64,000 nt of DNA from Candidatus Poribacteria bacterium (GCA_965215015.1 OZ244042.1:4032001-4096000); one strand, 5' to 3'. Counted from the stretch's first letter, positions 41,001 through 49,362 are shown. The notes: a model not told the origin generated them from the sequence alone. A program made the numbers and translations.

Positions 41001-41507
41001 GATAAACGGGTTGGAAATCTTTCCGGTGGCATGAAGCAACGTTTGGCGTTGGCGATCGCGCTGCTTTCAGATCCACCGATTCTGTTGCTAGACGAACCGA
41101 CGAGTAACCTAGATGTTCATACCCGCCATGAGTTCTGGGCAGCACTCGAAAATCTCAAGAAATCAGGTAAGACCTTAATCTTCTGTACCCATAGACTTGA
41201 TGAAATTTTCAGACTGGCGGACCGTGTTATTGTCATGGAGGAAGGAAAGAAGATTGCCGAGGGTCCTCCGATGCGCCTTGACGGTCATCTTTCACGAGAT
41301 GTGGTGCTGCACCTGTCAATCCCCGAATCGTTCCATAAGATAGCAGCGAACCTGCTTGAGCAGCAGGGTTTTTCCACAAAATGTAACGGTGTGAAAATCT
41401 CAGTGCAAGCACCACATGACAGAAAAGCTGAACCGTTCCGCGTATTGGCGGAATCTGCCATCCCCATCGACGATTTTGAATTAGCCGACACCCCAGATAA
41501 GGAGTAA
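38070..41507 (+). CDS. Fusion protein NosB-like x2 + NosD (beta-helix) + NosF (ABC ATPase)
   Basis: One uninterrupted ORF: two LFPYWRV..PKG..LN(HY/RD)IGM..PFIPP units; NosD motifs (GRYGIHFMY, NYWSDY.GYD.NGDGVGD.PY); a TM helix; Walker A GPNGAGKTT, LSGGMKQ, LLLDEPT and H-loop CTH. Confidence 0.9.
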   Translation: MLLRVERPRREWLVSALLIVAGILLLVSLLFPYWRVDLEAGIYPKGLTLQLRPYRLEGDITEIDELNHYIGMRALESAGKLERTIAIPLIITAGLCLLIAGLVPRKWSMWLTLPGLVFPVVFLGELYWWLADSGLHLDPKAPLNQSIKPFIPPIFGEGRIAQFNANASFQIGFYLALLGAVLSRAAFYLKKPEWLAKGLIIDASVLLVISLLFPYWRVDFESRKFPKGAILQIRPNRIEGNIREVDKLNRDIGMRDIESAGQFERKIAIPSIVVVALCLLSSVFVPRKWSSWLALPALIFPIVFVGALYGWLRDSGLNLDPEVALYPDIEPFIPPVVGTKTVKSVTTTSTFQIGFYFTILTALLSIFALLLKRRYRVFHPKQTMIGIALAISLLLAPSASIAATLTIDASSSISDTIKRAAHGDTIIVKGGVYNERFALNKSVTLRGEDGAVIDGGGVGSVITVSAPATVVRGFTIRNTGDRLSEGDAGIMIKKAKGVIIEGNRVEDALFGVQVRNAPDSIVRNNTFYGKDLDVGRRGDLIRVWYSSGAVVEDNRVFDGRDVVIWYSKGVTVRRNEVRNGRYGIHFMYCDDATIEDNRLIGNSVGVYLMYSYRLQLQKNWVITNRGASGYGIGQKDMYDGLIADNFVADNRAGMFMDNSTNTFRNNLIAFNDFGMLALPSARKNTFAGNSFVDNGEQVTIEGQGRLGTNQWIGNYWSDYNGYDANGDGVGDMPYRSVHLFEKLTEQYRALRIFTYSPSVQALDFASRLFPVFMPQPKLVDDSPRMRPVMPNLKAPKGKLSSAWLLGASALFLSALSIAGHLNRWLQPLVDRFLYLTRPQDSKHKAPCESYNTRLVPTISVDHLTKRFGKATAVERLSFDISPGETVALWGPNGAGKTTALRCVLGVLPFDGTITVGGNSSRTEGKMVRQQIGYVPQEVRLHSDLTVQGTVSFYARLRNVSRDRLTTLMAEWNLAGIADKRVGNLSGGMKQRLALAIALLSDPPILLLDEPTSNLDVHTRHEFWAALENLKKSGKTLIFCTHRLDEIFRLADRVIVMEEGKKIAEGPPMRLDGHLSRDVVLHLSIPESFHKIAANLLEQQGFSTKCNGVKISVQAPHDRKAEPFRVLAESAIPIDDFELADTPDKE

Positions 41508-41510
41508 GCC

Positions 41511-42347
41511 ACGACCACTGCAATTTCTAACATCTTTGTTATAATGGGCAAAGAGATACAAGATTCTCGGCGCAACCGATGGTTTCTACTGTTTGCGGTT
41601 GTTTTTACCGGACTAGCACTCGGATTAAGTACGCTCGGATTTTCGGGGCTAGGGACTTTCGGCGTAGCAGGCTTTGGGCGCACTGTTGCCAGCCTCATCA
41701 ATCTTGTTGTACTGATTGCGCCACTGATGGGTTTACTGCTCGGTGCCATCAGTATATCGGGTGAACGGGAACGGGGAAGTTTACTTCCGATTCTAGCGCA
41801 GCCTGTGACGCCAACGGAAGTATTGCTCGGAAAGTTTTTCGGAACAGCATCCGCACTCACTGCAGCAATCCTTTTCGGATTCGGACTGAGCGGATTTGTG
41901 ATTGCGTGGCGAGGCGGCTTCGCCCAACTGGATGACTACCTGATGCTGGTGGGGTTGACCTTGCTGCTCGGTCTTGTCCATCTCAGCATTGGCTTCTGTT
42001 TATCTGTTCTCACATCAAAAAGCGCGACAACATTGAGCCTTGCCCTAATCCTATGGTTGTCAATTGTGTTTCTGAGTGATCTCGGGCTCATTGGGACAGC
42101 AATTGTGTTAAAATTATCTCCGGAAATATTGCTCGCAGCGGTGCTGCTAAATCCGGTACAGGTTTTCAAATTGGCGGCGATTCAGATGATACAGGGGAAC
42201 TTAGAATTACTCGGCACTGCAGGACGCTACGCTGCGGATGTGCTAGGGGATTTCTTGCTGCCGGTACTGATGACATTCCTTATTTTCTGGATGCTTATCC
42301 CACTCGGAATTGCAATTTACATCTTTCCACGAAGGGGTGCACAATGA
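41511..42347 (+). CDS. nosY: ABC transporter permease NosY
   Basis: KEIQDSRRNRW, ISGERERGSL..ILAQPV..EVLLGKF and LLNPVQVFK motifs; six hydrophobic segments. Start uncertain: ACG 41511 behind the RBS, or ATG 41544. Confidence 0.88.
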   Translation, partial: TTTAISNIFVIMGKEIQDSRRNRWFLLFAVVFTGLALGLSTLGFSGLGTFGVAGFGRTVASLINLVVLIAPLMGLLLGAISISGERERGSLLPILAQPVTPTEVLLGKFFGTASALTAAILFGFGLSGFVIAWRGGFAQLDDYLMLVGLTLLLGLVHLSIGFCLSVLTSKSATTLSLALILWLSIVFLSDLGLIGTAIVLKLSPEILLAAVLLNPVQVFKLAAIQMIQGNLELLGTAGRYAADVLGDFLLPVLMTFLIFWMLIPLGIAIYIFPRRGAQ

Positions 42348-42817
42348 AATTGATGAAGATGGAAGGTAGGGAAACACCCGTTACTGGTTTCGTATCTATT
42401 CTACTTATCATCGGATTAATCATGACCGGATGCGGGTTTCAAGATAACGGTGCCCCCCGCATCCGATACGGTGAAGAAACCTGCGATCGATGCCGCATGA
42501 TTATCAGTGAAAAGCGGTTCGCCGCTGCATATCGAACCGAATCCGGTGTATTGCGAAAGTTCGACGATTTGGGTTGTGCAGTGCTCCACCCTAAAGAACA
42601 AAGGGAAACGGTAACGCAATTTTGGGGATATGACTACGAAGAAACCGATTGGTTAGAGGTAAAACAAGCGTTTTTGGTACATAGTTCAGAGCTATTGACC
42701 CCGATGGGGTATGGAATTGTTGCCCTTACAACCGCTGAAAAAGCCACAACACTAGCAAAAAAGGTAAATGGTCAGATAGTGCAGTTTGACCAGCTTTATC
42801 CAATTTTACAACCGTAA
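42344..42817 (+). CDS. nosL: Copper chaperone lipoprotein NosL
   Basis: Lipobox MTGC; CDRCRMII; KFDDLGC; TPMGYG. Confidence 0.9.
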   Translation: MKLMKMEGRETPVTGFVSILLIIGLIMTGCGFQDNGAPRIRYGEETCDRCRMIISEKRFAAAYRTESGVLRKFDDLGCAVLHPKEQRETVTQFWGYDYEETDWLEVKQAFLVHSSELLTPMGYGIVALTTAEKATTLAKKVNGQIVQFDQLYPILQP

Positions 42818-42832
42818 ATGAGAGGAGAATGA

Positions 42833-43609
42833 ATGATGTTACTCAAACGAACCGTATACATCGGATTGGTACTAACCTCGGTTTTATGTACTGTAGCTGT
42901 TGTCCAGTTGGGTTGGACGACGGAACAGGAAAAAGTTGACCCTTCCATATCGCAAACCGAAGCAACACCGGATACCGCTACCATCATTGGCACGGTGAAA
43001 TTTGAAGGGGAGGCACCTTTCCGGCGTGCAATTAATTTCGGTGCCAATTTGGACTGCAAACGGCTACACGATGGCAAAGTTTATTACGAGGATGTTATCA
43101 TCAATCAGAATGAGACCCTCAAGGATACGCTTGTTTATGTCAGAGGGAAACCGAAAGGTGACTACAAGCCATCGAGTAAACCTTTTGTAGTCGATCAGAT
43201 AGGTTGTATATTTATCCCACACGTTGCGGCGGTAATGGTCGGTCAACCGATGGAGTTCCTCAATAGCGATCCGGCACTTCATAATATCCGAACTGAATCC
43301 AAGAAGCAGACTCCGTTTAACATTTCCCAGCCGAATAAAGGTATGAAATACACGCACCAATTTGAGGCAGCCGAAATTGGCATTCCGCTCCGGTGCGATG
43401 TGCATCACTGGATGGTCGCTTACGCTCATGTCCTATCTCACCCATTCTTTGCCGTTACCGGCGAGAAAGGCACTTTCAAGATTCAAGGGCTGGTGCCTCG
43501 TACTTACAACATCGAGGCATGGCATAGTAAGCTGGGCAAACAGGTACAGAAAATTAAGTTGGAGGCAGGAGAAACCAAGAGGGTGGATTTTGTATTTACT
43601 AGCGAGTGA
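42833..43609 (+). CDS. Exported cupredoxin-like / carboxypeptidase-regulatory-like domain protein
   Basis: DQIGCIFIPHV, NSDPALHNI, CDVHHWM, HPFFAVT..GTFKI and YNIEAWH motifs. Confidence 0.75.
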   Translation: MMLLKRTVYIGLVLTSVLCTVAVVQLGWTTEQEKVDPSISQTEATPDTATIIGTVKFEGEAPFRRAINFGANLDCKRLHDGKVYYEDVIINQNETLKDTLVYVRGKPKGDYKPSSKPFVVDQIGCIFIPHVAAVMVGQPMEFLNSDPALHNIRTESKKQTPFNISQPNKGMKYTHQFEAAEIGIPLRCDVHHWMVAYAHVLSHPFFAVTGEKGTFKIQGLVPRTYNIEAWHSKLGKQVQKIKLEAGETKRVDFVFTSE

Positions 43610-43789
43610 CAGGTTCAACGGTCACGAATACTGCCTCCGGCATCGTTTAGGAATTTATTGGTTCATGAGTTCGTTGGGTCATTGCACCATAACGAGACGA
43701 CCAAAAATGAGCATTTTCCCGTCTTTCCGTTTTCTGGCCTTCACCTTTCACACATCGCGTTATCAACAGTTGCAAAGTCGCACCATTGG

Positions 43790-46246
43790 TTACATCCCAA
43801 ACCAATACCGACATTTTATGAGGTAGATATTTGACCCGACATCGGTGAAACTGGTTCTCAAGCGGTGAAACGGACGGAATTCGAGGTCTGCTTCTCCCAC
43901 ATGGGCTAAATCCACTTCCCGCGATTGAGACCAAACCAAAAATAGGGTGCTGCCGGGGCGGAATTCCCAGCGCAGCACGGTGTTGCCGCGCAAAGATCGT
44001 CGATGGAAGTCCCGGTTCTCATTCAGGGGGTACGGCTTGAACTGATATGACTTCGGTTCGAGCAACTCCTTGAAACCCGTATAGTCTCCGATGGTGATGA
44101 AGGGCTGCACGTAGAACTGAAGGCTCAACGTCGGGGTAAAGCTGATGCTTGCACGGGTGGTGAAGTCGAGCGTTCGATTCGTCAACTCCCCGTAGATGTA
44201 GTGTTTTTCAACCTGCCCGTTGATCTGCTTTTCAACCATCTCTACCCACTGTGCATCCTTTACCTGATAGGCGTAACTTGGCCCAACGCTCAGTTCAATG
44301 TTGGAGGTTGGTTGAATACGCAGGAGTAGATCTACATCGTAGTCATACGAACGTCTATCGTCATTCCATGCGAAAACGGGATTTAACTCCAACCGAATCA
44401 TCTTGCGACTATCGGTAGAGAGCTGCGTATAAATCCACCAACCTGCGGGATTTTTGATTAGCGTTCCCCCCCGCCTAACATCGTGATCACTAAACGACTC
44501 GAGGTTGCGTCCCACCCAGAGGTCATAATCCCAATAGTTCTTGAAACGCCCGGCTGTCCATATCTCGACATAGCCGCTGATATGGGTCCTGTCATAATTC
44601 CACGTCTGCCAGCCGTAAAGCCCTAGGATGGCACGTCGGAAAATGCTAAACGGCTTCTCCTTCCGCGCCGTGAGGTCGTAACCCCATTCTAGCATGTCTG
44701 CGCGACGATTGAAACCAAGGTCGTTGATCTCCAGGTCCGGCGAGAGCATTCTAAAACTGGTCTCCCCTCTTAACCAGCCGCCCCGTTTGTCGAACTCAAT
44801 GTGTGCAAGGTAGCCCGATTGGCGTGCCACCTGCTTTCCTGCCTGACTTGCCGCCAACGTGCCGGTCAATTGAAATCGCTCTTCGGCAAACTTTACATCC
44901 CAATCGACCCCACCGACATAGGCGGCGTTGGAATCCTGTCGATTCACGGCAGTCATTATCAACCCAACGACCGAATTTCCTTTCAGCACGTCTTGATTGA
45001 TTCGTCCGACAAAGTAGTTGGTTAACGGTTCGATGAGGAACTCGCGTTGAATTTTCTGACCATCGACCTTCTCCTCAATTTGCGCGTACTCCGGCGCAGT
45101 GACCGCCTCCATGATACCAAAATGGGTGTTGCCTTGGGTTTTCCCAACAATTTTGGCGGCACCGAGAATCGTGGTCGACTCCGGGCGGCTCAGTTCGAGG
45201 GCTCCGTTGGGAAGTTCAAAGTGCCCCGGCCGCCGCCCGATTCGCCGTGAATAAAAGAAGCTATAGTCCAAGTTTTCAAAAATCCTTGCACCTTTCACAA
45301 AGAAGGGGCGACGCTCATTAAAATACTCCTCATAAGCTGAGAGATTTAAGCTCGCAGGGTCCGCTTCCACCTGTCCGAAGTCGGGGTTAATCGTGGCATT
45401 GAGCGAAATCCCGGAGCTAATCCCATATTGAACATCGGTGCCAAAATTGCCCCACAACTCGGTGTCATCGTTGAGGCGTGTGCGTCCCATGGCGTAAGGT
45501 ACAAGCTCCAAATGACGGGAGGGGTGGATATCTTTGATACCAGTGAGGTCCCCAAAGCGAGATGCCCAGCCGGGCTCATCGCGCTTGATGAAACGCCAGT
45601 GATCTTGCTCTTTTTTGCGGCTGATGTATCGTTCGACCTGTAGCCCCCAAGTGTATTCATTTTTCGGGGAAAAACGCAATATATGAAACGGGATTTTATA
45701 TTCTGCCACCCATCCATTGTCGTGTATCTGGGTTTTCACTTCCCAAACGCCGTCCCATGTGCTGTCCCACCAGCCGGTCTCAGGCGCGATACCGTCGGTC
45801 ACGGAGCCGGAGGGATAAGCAGTAAACCAGAATGCGCTCTGCCGGTTGTAGTGCGGATCCAGGCTGAGGGTGACTTTATCCGATTCAACGTGATTGTCTC
45901 GCCTGACCAGTCGGGAGACAATTTTATCGGGTTCATTCTCATAACACATGACTGCAAAATAGACCGCTTCGTCATCGTAGGCAATCTGGAACGTGGTGCG
46001 TTCCGTTGCCGGTTTTCCTTCATCCGGGTCACGCTGCCGAAAGCCTTCGTGGAGGGGGGCACTTTTCCATATCTCGTCGTCCAAAACGCCATCTAACTGC
46101 GGCGGCACACCGTTAATTTGGATGGCGGTCGCGGTTCTGTGATGTAAGTCCTTATCATCTGCAGCATGTATGTCGCCTGGGGATTGAACCGCTAAAACGA
46201 TGGGGAGAAGCACCCAGACGACCCAAAAGTTAAAACCAATTTTCAC
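43790..46246 (-). CDS. CBM9-like + DUF5916 outer-membrane beta-barrel protein
   Basis: PQLDGVLDDEIW, FRQRDP, NATINPDFGQVEAD, ERRPFF, FYSRRIG and VLRWEFRPGSTLFLVW motifs; GTG 46246 follows AAGGAG. Confidence 0.85.
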   Translation of the reverse strand: MKIGFNFWVVWVLLPIVLAVQSPGDIHAADDKDLHHRTATAIQINGVPPQLDGVLDDEIWKSAPLHEGFRQRDPDEGKPATERTTFQIAYDDEAVYFAVMCYENEPDKIVSRLVRRDNHVESDKVTLSLDPHYNRQSAFWFTAYPSGSVTDGIAPETGWWDSTWDGVWEVKTQIHDNGWVAEYKIPFHILRFSPKNEYTWGLQVERYISRKKEQDHWRFIKRDEPGWASRFGDLTGIKDIHPSRHLELVPYAMGRTRLNDDTELWGNFGTDVQYGISSGISLNATINPDFGQVEADPASLNLSAYEEYFNERRPFFVKGARIFENLDYSFFYSRRIGRRPGHFELPNGALELSRPESTTILGAAKIVGKTQGNTHFGIMEAVTAPEYAQIEEKVDGQKIQREFLIEPLTNYFVGRINQDVLKGNSVVGLIMTAVNRQDSNAAYVGGVDWDVKFAEERFQLTGTLAASQAGKQVARQSGYLAHIEFDKRGGWLRGETSFRMLSPDLEINDLGFNRRADMLEWGYDLTARKEKPFSIFRRAILGLYGWQTWNYDRTHISGYVEIWTAGRFKNYWDYDLWVGRNLESFSDHDVRRGGTLIKNPAGWWIYTQLSTDSRKMIRLELNPVFAWNDDRRSYDYDVDLLLRIQPTSNIELSVGPSYAYQVKDAQWVEMVEKQINGQVEKHYIYGELTNRTLDFTTRASISFTPTLSLQFYVQPFITIGDYTGFKELLEPKSYQFKPYPLNENRDFHRRSLRGNTVLRWEFRPGSTLFLVWSQSREVDLAHVGEADLEFRPFHRLRTSFTDVGSNIYLIKCRYWFGM

Positions 46247-46332
46247 AGTTGTTTTCTCTCCTTTGCGTAGTTGTTTGTCCATTGAAACCCGGTTTCTGCG
46301 ATAGAATTCAAATTTTCTCGATTCATACCACC

Positions 46333-46441
46333 GATAGGTGGGGCATCTTGCCTCATCTGCCGCCTGAGCCTCCTATCTGTATCCGTGTTTTCTGTGCCCT
46401 CTGTTTCAGCCGTGATTCAGACAATAATTATGAGCACCCCT
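46333..46441. repeat. Family B repeat
   Basis: Ends CGTGATTCAGACAATAATTATGAGCACCCCT. Confidence 0.6.
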
Positions 46442-46693
46442 CAACTAAATAACCTTGGCGAAGGGTATGTTTTTTCTTGACAAGTATACTCACCACTGAT
46501 AAGATGCACCTGTTGTTTACATCATTTTTCGGGGTGGGACACTTGGGTTGTCCCTTAACTTCGCTTAGGATTTACGCCTATACGCGGCTTGAACTCTATC
46601 ACAACAATACCCCCATCCCAGAGCCGAACGGCGCAGTGCGAAAGGTCGAAGCGTATTCCACCCCATTTACTCCCGCAGACTAGGAGAGGAACT

Positions 46694-47671
46694 ATGCGAT
46701 TCTCGATTCTTACCCTCAGCCTTTGGCTGGTCGCGAGCCCCCTTTGGGGCAAAATTGTGTTTCACTCCAAGCGAGATGGAAACTTTGAAATCTACGTGAT
46801 GGAATCGGACGGGAGTAACCCAACGCGGCTGACACATAACGAGGCGGCTGATTTTTTCCCCGTCTGGTCTCCTAACAGGAGACAGATTGCTTTCGGGAGC
46901 AGGTGGGATGGCAACGAGGATATTTATGTGATGGATGCCGATGGGAACAACCAACGCAACCTGACCCTTCATCCCGCGTTTGAGGGTTCACCCACCTGGT
47001 CGCCTGATGGGTCGCAGATTGCCTTTATTAGCAGTCGGGATGGCGGTGTGACCCACGATTCCAACATTTACGTGATGGATGCCGATGGAGGCAACATCCG
47101 GCCGATTACACGAGGACTGAGTTTTGTTGGAAAAGTGGAGTGGTCTCCGGACGGTAGATATATCGCCTTTGAAGGCCACATCAATAACCCCTTTAAGGTC
47201 AACGAGCCTCGGACAGTCTACGCGATTGACCCCGATGGGACGAGCCGCTGGCAGGTGAGCGAGCCGGTGGCCGGTAAGGTGATGTTTTTGGAGGGGTGGT
47301 CGCCGGATGGGAAAAAGATTTTGTATGCCGAGACCATCAACAATTCGGTAAAAGGTGCCCTCCTGATTATCGCCACCCTCCATCCGATAAGGAATGTGCG
47401 TCAGGTCGTGAAGTATGAACGGGTGCCGCTCCCTAAGATGGATATGGCGTATGCTACATGGGGTGCCGATGGGGAGTCGATTCTCGTTACCCTGAGAAAA
47501 GAGGGTGGTGCCTGGAATATCTATCGTTTTCGTCTTGGCAACCGTCAGCTTATCCAGTTGACAGATCATCCCGTTACGGATAGTGGTGCCCGGGAATGGA
47601 ATCCGCGCTTGCCGGTTTCAGGGCAGGGGTTGGCTCCAAAGCGTTGGGGGGAAATCAGATCTAACTCATGA
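46694..47671 (+). CDS. TolB-like PD40 beta-propeller secreted protein
   Basis: Repeated P.WSPDG..IAF.S.RDG..IYVMDADG; signal peptide; AGGAGAGG RBS. Confidence 0.88.
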   Translation: MRFSILTLSLWLVASPLWGKIVFHSKRDGNFEIYVMESDGSNPTRLTHNEAADFFPVWSPNRRQIAFGSRWDGNEDIYVMDADGNNQRNLTLHPAFEGSPTWSPDGSQIAFISSRDGGVTHDSNIYVMDADGGNIRPITRGLSFVGKVEWSPDGRYIAFEGHINNPFKVNEPRTVYAIDPDGTSRWQVSEPVAGKVMFLEGWSPDGKKILYAETINNSVKGALLIIATLHPIRNVRQVVKYERVPLPKMDMAYATWGADGESILVTLRKEGGAWNIYRFRLGNRQLIQLTDHPVTDSGAREWNPRLPVSGQGLAPKRWGEIRSNS

Positions 47672-47809
47672 CGTAACTGAGGGATTGGGTTGCCCCAATC
47701 CCTCAACCTTTCAACCCCTGTTGACACCCCTTTACATAAAAACGGTGATCGTAGGCGACATATTCTTGCCCGACTTCTCACCTATAAACTTCGCAGCCGA
47801 TTAAAAAAG

Positions 47810-47839
47810 TTGTCAAAACCGGGTGGTTTGTGCTATAAT
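47810..47839 (+). promoter_or_regulatory. Putative sigma70 promoter with extended -10
   Basis: TTGTCA-N18-TATAAT with TG at -15/-14; retained in copy 2. Confidence 0.6.
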
Positions 47840-47852
47840 CTCTTATCAATTA

Positions 47853-48077
47853 TAGGAGTTACGCCCTTGGGTGTGTAGCCAGTTCATCCAACCCGCGTCC
47901 CGATAGCGGATAGATCGGAGGACCTGTCGCGCCCCGATGAATCGGGTGTTGCGAGGCATGTTCGCCGAATTTGTAATCGTGGGACAGACCGACCCACCCT
48001 TGATGGAATTGACGTTTCGGTGTCGAGATATGAATATAGACCGCCAAGGCTTCGAGGGTTCAACGGCGTAAGTCCTA
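47853..48077. mobile_element. MITE-like element, family A
   Basis: TAGGAGTTACGC...GCGTAAGTCCTA. Confidence 0.65.
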
Positions 48078-48102
48078 AATTATTTGGAAGAGGGACAGGT
48101 TT

Positions 48103-48399
48103 TTGCCAAACAATCGAATCCGCATCAATCCAACCGGCTGGGTAATTGGGGTTTTTTATGCTCTGATGGCAATTGGGTTGGTTGGAGTGGCACATGAACA
48201 CGACCATACTATCCTCGGTTCGACAGATTGTTCTGCTTGCTTCTTCAATGTCAGCCACGTTGGTGTCGAGCTTGATGTTGTTGAAATTACTAATCTTGAT
48301 ACCTGCCTCTTAATTCCCCCCCCTTTCGGCTTCACTTTCATTTCCCCGATACTTGACAACAGTATCCAAAGTCGTGCCCCGCCAGTTTTCTCCGTTTAA
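48103..48399 (+). CDS. DUF2946-like leader peptide (TM/signal, His-rich, CxxC, C-terminal RAPP), copy 1
   Basis: Hydrophobic N-terminus, HEHDH, CSAC and SRAPP; frame preserved in copy 2, including an in-frame 6-nt indel. Confidence 0.75.
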   Translation: MPNNRIRINPTGWVIGVFYALMAIGLVGVAHEHDHTILGSTDCSACFFNVSHVGVELDVVEITNLDTCLLIPPPFGFTFISPILDNSIQSRAPPVFSV

Positions 48400-48496
48400 T
48401 CTCCTCGTTTCACCCATATCTCTGTTTTTTTAATCTAATCAATTTCTGCCTTTTTCCGGCTGATTTGACTTTGGTGATAGTCTACCTATATTTCCT

Positions 48497-48611
48497 TAGG
48501 ACTTACGCACTTCAGTAGGGCCCACAGATCGGTGTCCCCTACGAGTTCCTTCTGGCACATGGTGCACTCTTTTCTGGTGTTAGCATTGAGCCTTCAACGG
48601 CGTCGGTCTCA
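48497..48611. mobile_element. Short family A MITE (degenerate right end)
   Basis: TAGGACTTACGCACTT...TTCAACGGCGTCGGTCTCA; counterpart at 50653-50767. Confidence 0.55.
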
Positions 48612-48670
48612 TTACTATTTCATCAGTTGTGATGCTGGGAAAAACAATCTATCTATATTTGGAGGACATT

Positions 48671-49255
48671 ATGTTTACGCATTTCTTTAGATTCACGCTA
48701 TTGCTATTCGCATTTGTTGTGTTGTTCGCCGCTTGTGGCGAAGATGATAATCCCGTTGCTGACGCGGACGGTGGTCATGCCGAGCATGCCGATGCTGACG
48801 GCTTTACCCTCAAGGTTGACGGGAGGGAGATCTACCGTCAGTTTCAGGGAACTCATGAGGGAAATATCACCCTTAAAGTTGGGGAGGAATTAGAGATTCT
48901 CGCTGCATTCCTTGACCATGATGAAGATGAATTTTTCCCTGAAAGCGCTGAAGAGGAGGAAGATCATGACGATCATGACCATGATGAGGAAGAGGTATAT
49001 GCCTTATCTGTCAGTGAATTTGATTCGTCAATCATTGAAATCCACCTTTACGAAGGTGAGGGCGATCATCATGAAGATGAGCACAATGACCATCATGAAG
49101 ATGAGGAACACCACGATGATGAGCTCGCCGAGCAATTCACTTTTGAGGTGAAAGGCCTTAAAAGTGGTGAGACAGAGATTAAGTTCCAGCTCTGGCATGG
49201 CGATCATGCAGATTTTACGGCGGCACTCCTGATTCCAGTAACGGTTACACCGTAG
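48671..49255 (+). CDS. His/Asp/Glu-rich lipoprotein, putative metal-binding
   Basis: Lipobox FAAC; DHDDHDHD and DHHEDEHNDHHEDEEHHDD tracts; HGDHADF; GGAGG RBS. Confidence 0.75.
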   Translation: MFTHFFRFTLLLFAFVVLFAACGEDDNPVADADGGHAEHADADGFTLKVDGREIYRQFQGTHEGNITLKVGEELEILAAFLDHDEDEFFPESAEEEEDHDDHDHDEEEVYALSVSEFDSSIIEIHLYEGEGDHHEDEHNDHHEDEEHHDDELAEQFTFEVKGLKSGETEIKFQLWHGDHADFTAALLIPVTVTP

Positions 49256-49362
49256 GGGAATTTACTTTGGGAATTGCAGTGTTGGTTCATTCGCTCAAAG
49301 GTGTATTGAGCTGATGGGCTCTATACATTGCGCTCCCCTGGAACGCGGGTATTAGGGATATA

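Larger units (their letters stand above)
47748..48920 (+). repeat. Direct segmental duplication, copy 1
   Basis: Highly similar to 50033-51076 apart from a 133-bp extra segment and small indels. Confidence 0.95.
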
